A stretch of DNA of 64,000 nt, taken from Eledone cirrhosa (taxonomy: Eukaryota). How positions within the stretch are numbered: the first letter of the stretch is position 1; every line of letters begins with the position of its first letter. The notes under the pieces are model-generated. The model was not told where the DNA came from, searched no databases, and worked only from the letters and a program-made list of their open reading frames with translations. The translations under genes were made by a program, and so were the position numbers. This document shows, one piece after another, positions 26,901 to 36,726 of this stretch. The stretch is taken from the NCBI GenBank assembly GCA_964016885.1, contig OZ024742.1, forward strand, positions 292,144,001 through 292,208,000, written 5' to 3'.

Positions 26901-27612
26901 GCCCTTGGATTGAACTTGGAACCTTATGATTGCAAAGCAAACTTCTTCCCCACTCATCCATGGCTGCATATTTGTATATGTTCATATATTTCCCAGTGAT
27001 ATAGATACAATGTATTTGATGGGTTTTCATACAGTTTTCTCCTCTTTCTCCTTCTTGTTGTTCTTCTTTGCCCACTTATTCCTGAGAGTGTTGTGGGGGC
27101 AGAGTCCACAAACATTCCTTCCAGTGGGTCCTGTCTCCAGCAACTACTGATCCAGCTGGATCCCCAAGCAAGATCAGCCAAGCTCATGGATGTTATCCAA
27201 CCATCTTACTCAGGGTCTACCCCTGGGTCTCCTGTCGGTTGGTTTTGCCCGTAAAATTTGTCCAGCAATATACCCATCTACTACATCTCCATCTAACCAC
27301 ATGCCCATCTACCCAAATTTATTCATAGACATAGGTTGACCTGAGGTTATAGTAAAAGGTACTAGTGATTACAGAAGACTAGCATATGTTGTGGTATTCT
27401 TACATTGTTCAATGATATTGTGTATATCAAGACTGCACCTTTAACTGTTTGTTACCATATTTTTAATGAAGGATACACACACAAATATATATATATATAT
27501 ATATAGTAATAATAATAAATTTGAAGACTAAAATCCAAAGAGGGCTCGATAAGGATAAATATATATCAAATATATAAGAACCGTAGAGCAAATATTTATT
27601 AAAATAGATTAA

Positions 27613-27663
27613 AGTTTAAGCAAAGAATCGCTGCTTTCACCCTTAACGGGATCTTCTGAAACT
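27613..27663 (-). ncRNA. Type I hammerhead-like motif (variant core)
   Basis: AGUUU-CAGAAGA-u-CCC(guuaa)GGG-u-GAA-AGCA(gcgauucuu)UGCU-U-AAACU. All three stems form; U4A core change. Confidence 0.5.
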
Positions 27664-27773
27664 AACAAAGTCAATCTGTAAACGCAGAAGTGGATATTTC
27701 AAAAAACGTTGCAACTGGAGGAAGACAGGAAGACGATACTTTGGTTCGTGGAAAAGTTCCCTGGCAAAGAACG

Positions 27774-28750
27774 GGACGGAAAGTCCTCCCGAACAGACTG
27801 GTCAGTTTCTCCTCATCGATGCCTAGAGTTTCCCCAAGAATGTTGTCACACAGATAGATAGATAGATACACACACACACACAGGCATCGATGAGGAGAAA
27901 CTGACCAGTCTGTTCGGGAGGACTTTCCGTCCAGGGCCTATGGATAACTTCCAGAGGTCTCTGGCCTGGCAGTGCTACAGAGGAGCTCTACCAGTACGAG
28001 ACAAAATCTACAGGCACGGACGCCCTGGCAGCGATCCTGCCAAAAGGACCTGTCCAAGATGCGAGCAGGACATCGAAACCGTTCTGCACGCAATTGTTCA
28101 GTGCCCAGGGGTGACCGACCTGTGGAATTATGTCGGACAGTTACTGTCACGTGTGGGATGCATCCAGTTGTCAGCCGAGTCCATCATGAGAATCAACCAG
28201 CCGCCTTCATTTAAGAACGAAGGAGAGGCAGTTTTCCTCTATCTGGTGGCTATGGCGAAAGAGGTAATATGGTGGATGAGGTTAAAAGGACTGAGGGCAA
28301 ACACCTTTCTCTCCGGACAACAACTTATCCCCTTCTTTAAGTACCACTTCAGAAGGAAGGTAAGAGTGGAGAGAGAGGTGCTACACCCCAGTAAATTCGC
28401 TGAAAGGTGGGTGAATGTGGCGAAAATGGCCCGAGTGAATGAGCCTTCTCTGTATATAAACCTGTAGGTTGAGGAAGATGAACAGAGGGAAGACGGGAAC
28501 ACCTACAAAACGTGTTCTTGGTGTTGAGGGTTGTTCTATGCATGGGGTGTGAAACAACCCTGCAGTAATGCCCCCCACCCCATTAGGGATTTCAATTGTT
28601 AATTTATTATATATAGTTTATTGTTATTTATTAATGTTAAAGTTATATGATTTTTATGTAAAACCCCCGCCGTCATGCCCTATAATGTCCCATTTTTGTA
28701 TGCCCCTGTGGCAAATAAAGAAAGATATCTATCTATCTATATCTATATCT
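27774..28750 (+). mobile_element. L1/Tx1-clade LINE 3' fragment with inverted 5' piece
   Basis: ORF 27940..28467 carries the zf-RVT signature (ALPVRDKIYRHG...CPRC...ETVLHAIVQC). 3'UTR has AATAAA and an (ATCT)n tail. 27774-27824 is the exact reverse complement of 27882-27932. Confidence 0.88.
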
Positions 28751-28778
28751 ATATATATATATATATATATATATATAA

Positions 28779-30724
28779 TGGTGGGATACACCATGGTCAC
28801 CCGGATAGTTAACCAAGTCGTACAGAATGGGGTTGTTCCGAAGGACTGGCGTAGCAGCATCATCGTTAAATGTTATAAGGGTAAAGGAGATGCCCTAGAT
28901 AGGAGTAACTATAGAGGCATTAAATTAATCGACCAGGTCATGAAGGTCACGGAAAAAGTAATAGCGCAACTAATCAGAGAGAGAATTGATCTAGATGAAA
29001 TGCAGTTCGGGTTTGTGTCAGGCAAAAGTACCACAGACGCTCTTTTCATTGTACGACAACTACAGGAGAAGTACCTAGCTAAAAGTAAACCCCTATACTT
29101 AGCTTTTGTCGACTTGGAGAAAGCCTTCGACAGAGTCCCCCGTTCCATTATCTGGTAGGCTCTTAGAAAACTAGGTGTTGACGAATGGCTTGTGAGAGCT
29201 ATACAAGCCATGTATAAAGAAACAGTCAGCAAGGTTAGAATTAACAACGAATATAGTGAAGAGTTTAGCGTAAAAGTTGGCGTCCATCAGGGCTCTGTTC
29301 TCAGCCCCCTACTATTTATTATTGCCCTTCAGGCTATAACAGAGGAGTTCAAGACCGGCTGCCCATGGGAACTCCTATACGCAGATGATCTAATGCTCAT
29401 AGCTGAATCAATGGCCGAGCTAGAGAAGAAATTCCAAACATGGAAGCACGGCCTAGAATCAAAAGGCCTTAAAATTAACCTGGCTAAGACTAAAGTTCTA
29501 GTTTGTAAGAAAGAAAATAAGGCGGCGTTCCCTTCCGGGAAGTGGCCATGCTCAGTGTGTAGGAAAGGCGTAGGTAGAAACTCCATTTTATGTCCCAAAT
29601 GCAAAGTATGGGTGCATAAAAGATGTAGTGGGATCACAGGTAAGCTAACTAAGAACATAGATTTTACATGTGGCCGGTGCTCTGGTGCAATAAGTAGCAG
29701 CAAGTGCCCACAAAATACTAGCTCTTTCAACTGCGCAGAGGGTTCTATAGAAATAGTGGACAGCTTCTGTTACCTGGGTGACAAAATCAGCAGTGGGGGA
29801 GGGTGCTCTGAAAGTACAGTAGCTAGAGTCAGAACTGGATGGAAAAAGTTCAGAGAGCTTATACCACTATTAGCCGCTAAAGGGTTCTCCCTAAAAATGA
29901 AAGGCAGGTTGTATGATGCCTGCATACGAACAGCAATGTTGCATGGCAGTGAGACCTGGGCATTGTATGCAGAGGATATACGCAGACTAGAGAGGAACGA
30001 AGCTTGCATGCTCCGCTGGATGTGTAATAGTAATATACGTGAACGGCAAAGCATAAACGAACTAAGGAAAAAATTAGAAATAAGAGGGATCAGATGTTGT
30101 TTACTCGAGAGAAGGCTACGTTGGTATGGTCACGTGATGCGCATGAAAGACGATAGCTGTATAACAAAGTGCAGGGCAATAAAGATAGACGGTAGCCACG
30201 GAATAGGCAGACCCAGAAAAATCTGGGACGAGCTGATAAATTCCGACCTCACACACTTACACCTCTCCAAGACAATGTCACTGGACCGAGACCTTTGGCA
30301 GTACTCAGTAATAGAAAAGACCCGCCTTACCTAAATACAAAGTAAAACCTACTACAGTCAGTAGGCATCTCTAACAAAATACACGCCCGTCCCACCACCC
30401 CCACCCCATCCACACCGCCCCTTTCAATGTAAAGTTATGTTGGTGCCACAACATCCAGGCTGAAACAAATGAGATCGTGTAGGTGTCACGACAAAAAACA
30501 CACAGTCCACGCTGTAATGTGGCCGTGTAGGCAACACGGTAAAAACCTCCCAGACCCACACTGTAAATGTGGTTGGTGTTAGGAAGGGCATCCAGCTGTA
30601 GAAAACCCGCCAGACAGTCCTATGCGAGAAAGACAATCACTCTTGCCTCAAGTGGGAAAACCCCCATCCAAACCCATGCAAGCGTGGAACACGGACGTTA
30701 AACGTTGATGATGATGATAATGAT
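28779..30724 (+). mobile_element. 5'-truncated RTE LINE: RT with embedded PHD-type finger, one premature stop
   Basis: YKGKGD...NYRGI, QFGF, FVDLEKAFD, QGSVLSP and YADD motifs. One frame from 28779 to 30334 except TAG at 29156. Long 3'UTR and (ATG)n tail. Confidence 0.96.
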
Positions 30725-30926
30725 AATGTATAATAAATAATACAATATAATTACCTCATTACCAAAGGTTTCCCGAATAAGGCGAATACAAGAAACGTTC
30801 GTATTCGTCCATTGCCTTGTCTGAAGAACGAATGCTGATGTTTCTTGTATTCGTCTTATTTGGGAAACCTTTATTCGGGAAGATTTGGTAATGAGATAAT
30901 TATATTGTATTGTTTATTATACATTA
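30724..30926 (+). repeat. About 200-bp hairpin with G·U-biased mismatches
   Basis: Arms taatgtataataaataatacaatataattacctcattaccaaaggtttcccgaataaggcgaatacaagaaacgttcgtattcgt and its complement, with a bulge of about 12 nt and a 19-nt loop. Confidence 0.88.
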
Positions 30927-31004
30927 AATATTTGGCTCTGTAACTTACATAGAGCACACTTCATTCCTCTGACTTTTTCAATTTTCAACGGAAACTTCAA
31001 TACT

Positions 31005-31050
<46 letters not shown>

Positions 31051-31056
<6 letters not shown>

Positions 31057-31700
31057 TATATATATATAAAAAAAACATGAGAAGAAAGAAGAATACTGCG
31101 TGGTTGCACATGGGTTACATATGATAAAAATAGTCCTTCGTCAGTGATTTTCCAACCAACATTGGTATTTCATCGCATTAAAAATCATATACCTCAGGTT
31201 GGTGCAAGCAATAACTAAAAAAAGTTATTGGGACCAGTAATCGCGTAAAGCGAGGGGGACAAGTAAACAACATAGAAGGATAAGGGCAAACCAAATAAAG
31301 GAAAAAAATAAGCAACATGGTAGTCCTGGTCAGCATAAGCTGGGTGGATTTCATGAGCGAAAGGTACAGACGTCCGACGTGAGTGAGATGTAAGCAAGAA
31401 GAGACCCACACAAGCCAAACGGGAGGAAGTGAGAAGGGGAGAAACAGAGAGTGAGTGAGTGGAAGTGCGAGGAAGCGGTCAATCGAGAGAAAGTGTAACT
31501 GACAGAGGGGGCGAAAGAAGGTGAGAGAAACAGAGAGAACGGGGAAGCAGTAAGAGAGAAACAGACAAACGCAGCCGAGGTAAATATATATAAAAAACAT
31601 GAGAAGAAAGAAGAATACTGCGTGGTTTGCACATGGGTTACATATGATAAAAATAGTCCTTCGTCAGTGATTTTCCAACCATCATTGGTATTTCATTGCA
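31051..31700. mobile_element. About 650-bp non-coding element with ~125-bp terminal direct repeats
   Basis: 31051-31177 is repeated at 31581-31700 (aaaaacatgagaagaaagaagaatactgcgtgg...ttggtatttcat.gca). Flanked by (TA)n and (GA)n. Confidence 0.8.
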
Positions 31701-31712
31701 GAGAGAGAGAGA

Positions 31713-32058
31713 GAGGCACATGGCTTAGTGGTTAGAGCATTGGCCTTGCAATCGAAAGGTTGTGAGTTCAATTCTCAGACCGGGTGATGTGTTGTTTCCT
31801 TGAGCAAGGCACTTTATTTCACATTGCTCCAGTTTACTCAGCTGTAGAAATGAGATGATAGGACTGGGATCCCTATCATTCCACTGCAAAGTGGTCGTGG
31901 AGGTGCCACGGCAAAAAAACACCCAGCACTCACTGTAAATGAGGTTGGTGTTAGGAAGGGCATCCAGCTGTAGAAATCAAGCCAGAATCAGTTCCCATCC
32001 CACCCTTGCAAGCAGGGAAAAAGCGGACGTAAAATGAAATGATGATGATGAATGATGA
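31713..32058 (+). mobile_element. tRNA-derived SINE family A with RTE-derived tail
   Basis: A box TGGCTTAGTGG, B box GAGTTCAATTC, central tccttgagcaaggcactt...cacattgctccagt. The 3' half matches the RTE 3'UTR at 63370-63645. Copies at 35246-35578, about 24590-24740 and about 43385-43520. Confidence 0.92.
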
Positions 32059-32206
32059 TATATATATATAAGTAGAAGGGGTATTTAATTTGTTGGAAGT
32101 CCGACAAATATAAATGTTTATAACTGATTTAGAGCACTCATATTAAATGATATTAAATATTAAATGATATTAAATATATGGAAACTATATTTATAAAACC
32201 ATATTT

Positions 32207-32267
32207 ATTTTATTATATATATTTCAAGGGTACCAAGACACATTGGTACGCTTTCCTCAGATAAAAT
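32207..32267 (-). ncRNA. Type I hammerhead ribozyme in PLE pLTR (best-preserved copy)
   Basis: AUUUUAU-CUGAGGA-AAG c GUACCAA(uguguc)UUGGUAC c CUU-GAAA-UAUAUA-UA-AUAAAAU. Perfect 7-bp stem I, palindromic stem III, AUA triplet. Confidence 0.85.
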
Positions 32268-32521
32268 ACAAAGTTTGTTTTATAAATAGAGACATACCCA
32301 TGAAAATCATACCTTATCGGTTGGATATTCTCTGGATAGTGGAAATATATTAGGGATTTTTCAAGCTTATGGGTGAATATGCAAATGAATATGTAAATAA
32401 TTGGAAAACAACCGTTTATTTAAACGACTAGAGAGAGAGAGAGAGAAGAGATAAGAGGAGAAAGATAAAATAGTGCGAGAGAGAGAAGAAAGAAACAAGA
32501 GAAGATGAATAGAAACTCATA

Positions 32522-33629
32522 TCTATATATTAATTTGAACAACGTCAGTATTCCGTGTGTCATAATTCTCGATTATCATTGGTTCATAGGTTTCAAACGA
32601 CTCCGCCCACCTCAACGATGCTAAACTTAAATTAATACGCATAATGCCAATGAGGGAGTGAGAGAGGAGAGTAAGAAACAGAGAGACAAAGTGAACGCTG
32701 TAACTATTACCATGTGTGCGTGTGTATGTACGTGCGCGTATGTTTATGTGTGTGTGCGTGCGTGCAGCGTTCGACAAAAAGTAAAAACTATCAACATGTG
32801 TGAGTGTGTAAGTGCACGGGTGCGTGTGTAAGTTTGCGTGCGTGTGCGCGTTTCCATGCGTGTATGTGTGTGTACATGGGGCGTTCCACAATCGCCACGC
32901 AGTTTGTCTGTGTGCCTGTCTGTCAGTCTAACATACACAGAGTTGTGAAGGGAGTAAATAGGGACCTTTTTTTTACATTGACGGACATCTTTTATATTTA
33001 TTATTGTGTCATTTTTTGACAATTGCTCGAAATAAAAGCAATTCGACTTTATCAAACAGTGAACTACAGCGGCGACGGCGTGCAGCCAGGAATGAAGAAA
33101 AACGGGCCGAACAGCGCCATCGGAACGCCGAACTTCAGAGGCGAAGACGTGCCGCCATGAATGAAGAGGAACTGGCTGAACAACGCCAACGAAACACTAG
33201 TGCCAAGCAGCGACGGCGTGCTGCGATGGTTGAAGACGAACTGGCTGAGCATCATCTTTTATATTAATTATCTATATCTATATCTACATATAATATAAAA
33301 GATTGGAACTCCCACCATCCTTTTGAGAAACGTGGAACAACCACGTCTATGCAATGATACACGTTTTACAGTCAGACAGAAGATGAACCATCTCCTAGAG
33401 GTCACTATTCTAGGTGCGAGCACCTAGAATTGTTCATATACTATGCACAAACGGTACAACGAAGAATCTGGTATATCTGGAAGATTTCTTTTACTGTTTT
33501 CGGTATCACACAGACACCACGGACTCGCCTCATACTGTAACCAGACAAACATCCAATACAGTCATTTTCTCTTTTACCTGTCTTCTCTTATCATCTATTT
33601 ACCCGGGCGAAGCTGGGTATGTCAGCTAG
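32522..33629 (+). mobile_element. Internally deleted Helitron
   Basis: 5' TC and 3' hairpin TACCCGGGCGAAGCTGGGTA followed by CTAG. Inserted between A and T with no TSD (empty site aaactcata^taacgttaattt at about 47884). Retains R/E-rich N-terminal repeats and a Pif1-like C-terminus (VRAP...TTKNLVYLED). Confidence 0.92.
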
Positions 33630-34675
33630 TAACGTTAATTTGAGGGAAATATATTCTAAGTATATATCTTAACAGTACGTGTATTTACGATTATTAGTTG
33701 TTTAAAATTTGTTTATAATGTAATATTTTTCTTCTGTTATAAGTAGATAAATAAATAAATAAATAAATAAATAAATAGATGGGTATATCATGTTATAGAT
33801 AATTGTTCTAATGAGTTATGAGGAATATTGGTCTTGTATTTAATGTAAATAAATATTAAGTTAAATTAAATTAAATTAACTGAGTTAAGAAGAATATTTA
33901 TATTTATATGATTTAAAATGGGAAGATACGGAAAAACTCCGGTTTAATTTATTTATTCGTTAGTGTGAGACTATTTAGTCAAAATAAGTATAGATGTTGA
34001 AAGATACATTTAGTCAGAATCAGTTAGTGGTTATAAATCTATTGAAAAAATATTGATAAAGTATTGAAAAAATATTGAAAAAGTATTGAAAAAATATTGA
34101 AAAAATATTGAAATATTTGAGAAAATTAAAAAAAAAATAATTTATAAGAGATAAGTAATTTTTAAAGAAATAAAAATTAAAGAAATAAAATTCAAAATTA
34201 TTAAAATTAAAATTAAAATTAAAAAAAAATTAGAATTATATACGTATATATTTTATGAAACTTTAAGAAGTGGAATTACAGCAAATGTCATAGATATTAT
34301 GATTTAGAGATATCAATATATTAAAATCAAGTGGATGAGATTGTTATGGAAATAAGTAGAAATATTATAAGTATAATTATAAGTTATATATAGTTCTGAA
34401 TGTTGAATTCTGGCGATGTCTACAAGAATTAAATAAATTCGTTCTTAGATTAATAGAGTTTTTACATTTAAGTATGTAAAAATTTCCTCAATACACAATT
34501 TGCAGAATCTAGATAAAGCTGTGTTTCGGTACGTGGGTGCTTTTTAAAACTGTTTCCCAAGCTAATGAATAGTCCATATTCTTGCATTTTAAGTTCCATG
34601 TCAGGTTTGAAAGAGAAGTTGAAGATTTTTTATCAAATATTCAGAAAGAACAATTGTGGTTATATATATATATAT

Positions 34676-35832
34676 AAAGTCATAAGGAACACATATATTT
34701 AAACATAGCATAGATACATATATGAGTGTAGGCTACCTTCAACGATGTGGCTCAATGAATGAATTAAATAAATAATCAGAGCTATATATAAATTATAAGT
34801 TTGAAGAACAGGCAGATAAAGTTTACCTAATTTTTCTTCTTAGTCCAGAGAAATTAACTAAATAAATAATCATTTAAACAGAGCTAAGTTTAAAATGTTT
34901 GAAGAAATAATAGATTAATGTTACCAATATTCCTCTAGTCCCAACTGTCGACAGTTTCGCTTGCACTTTTTGGAAATGTCTAATCTTTGCATTATCCATG
35001 AGGCTTCAAGCTTATCAAGAGACCAGTTAGGACCGATTTTTTCCAAAGTGATCTTCACCAGTCACAAATTTGAAAGGGGTGACAATTATCACGTGGCTAG
35101 CGGTCAAGATAGAAGTGTTGTCAAGAGTAGACTGGTGGCCAGAAAATTCATTGCTAAAAGAAGCAGTTAATTACCCCCTAAATTTACTCAGCCGTAAGGG
35201 AAATAGAACAAAGTCATAAGGAACACATATATATTTAAACATAAGGAGGCACATGGCTTAGTGGCCTTGCAATCGAAAGGCTGTGAGTTCAATTCTCAGA
35301 CCGGGTGATGTGTTGTTTCCTTGAGCAAGACACTTTATTTCACATTGCTCCAGTTTACTCAGCTGTAGAAATGAGATGATAGGGACTGGGATCCCTATCA
35401 TTCCACTGCAGAGTGGTCGTGGAGGTGCCACGGGAAAAAAAGCACCCAGCACTCACTGTAAATGAGGTTGGTGTTAGGAAGGGCATTCAGCTGTAGAAAT
35501 CAAGCCAGAATCAGTTCCCGTCCCACCCTTGCAAGCAGGGAAAAGCGGACGTAAAATGAAATGAAATGATGAAATGATAAGCATAGATACATATATGAGT
35601 ATATGCTACCTTCAATGGTGTGGCTCAATGAATGAATTAAATAAATAATTATTAATACGAACTATATTAAAATTACCAATATTGAAGAATATTGGTAACA
35701 TCTATTATTTCTTGAAACTTACATTTTAAACTTAGCCCCGTTTAATTTATTTTTTATTTAGTTAATTTCTATGGACTAAGAAGAAAAATTAGGTACATTT
35801 TATCTGACTGTTCTTCACACTTATAATTTTTA
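34676..35832. repeat. Composite element with both direct and inverted repeats, plus a nested SINE
   Basis: 34676-34776 is repeated at 35211-35650 (split by SINE 35246-35578). 34785-34935 is inverted at 35685-35832. Confidence 0.75.
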
Positions 35833-35833
35833 C

Positions 35834-36107
35834 TGCCCAGATGATCCTATGGAAATAGTGGATACTTTCCATTAACTGGGTGACAAAATCAGTAGTGGTG
35901 GAGGGTACTTTGAAAGTACAGTAGTCAGAGTTAGAACGGAATGAAAAAAGTTCAGAGAGCTAATTCCGCTGTTGGTTACAAAAGGTTTCTCTCTAAAAAT
36001 GAAAGGCAGATTATATGATGCTTGTATATGAACAGCAATGTTACATGGCAGTGAGACATGGGCATTATGTGCAGAGGACCTGCATAGATTGGAAAGGAAT
36101 AAAGCAT
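35834..36107 (+). mobile_element. RTE RT fragment
   Basis: EIVDTFH*LGDKISSGG...LYDACI*TAMLHGSETW. Confidence 0.85.
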
Positions 36108-36351
36108 CCACTGAAGAGCATGAGATCTCTAACTCTCTTTGTGAAACAATTCTACCCCAAACTGTCTGGATGCTGATAGTTATCATTATCGGTTTGTAAA
36201 TCTTAATTTATCCTTTTAATTGAGTCTTGTGAACCATATTATCTTTAGTCAGTGTTCGCTTCACCCTGGCGTTTTTTTGTCCCTTTGATTTGAATGCATG
36301 TATGTACATATCTGTGTTCATCTCTCTTTATGGTATTATTAGGCCCAGAAT

Positions 36352-36570
36352 TTTTTTTCCTTGAGCTACTTTGATTATAAGGGATTAATTTGAGTTTTTA
36401 ACTCAATATATGCTGTTGATATATATATATCAAAAGTATATATTGTGTTAAAAACTCAAATTAGTCCCTTATAATTAAAGTAGCTATATATATATATATA
36501 TATATCAAAAGCATATATTGAGTTAAAACTTAAATTAGTCCCTTATAATCAAAGTAGCTCAAGGAAAAAT
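36352..36570. repeat. (TA)n-centred fold-back with a duplicated return arm
   Basis: Arm ccttgagctactttgattataaggga...atatgctgttga is followed by two successive reverse-complement copies, each starting from a TA tract. Confidence 0.85.
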
Positions 36571-36675
36571 ATATATATATGTATATAATAATGATAAAAG
36601 GACGATTTGTTATGTTTTCATTACATTTATTGGAAACTACAGATTTAGTGCTCACTCTGGTGAATTTACAGTAAC

Positions 36676-36725
<50 letters not shown>

Positions 36726-36726
36726 A

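Larger units (their letters stand above)
32073..34662 (-). mobile_element. 5'-truncated Naiad-type Penelope-like element (end of GIY-YIG region, 3'UTR, pLTR)
   Basis: 34400-34660 reads NHNCSF...STSLSNLTW...AWE...FCKLCIEE...SCRHR; collinear with 47655-48990. Confidence 0.9.

Noticed and set aside
27882-27915. Hammerhead-like TCGATGA-GGA-GAAAC-TGACCAG-TC
   Set aside because: Wrong core, no stem II, and it is L1/Tx1 coding sequence (GIDEEKLTSL).
28568-28778. N-terminal extension of the RTE ORF 28568..29158
   Set aside because: Chance open frame through the L1/Tx1 3'UTR and TA tract; RTE homology starts at 28779.
31713-31795. tRNA gene
   Set aside because: A and B boxes are present, but the sequence continues into a SINE body and LINE tail with no convincing cloverleaf.
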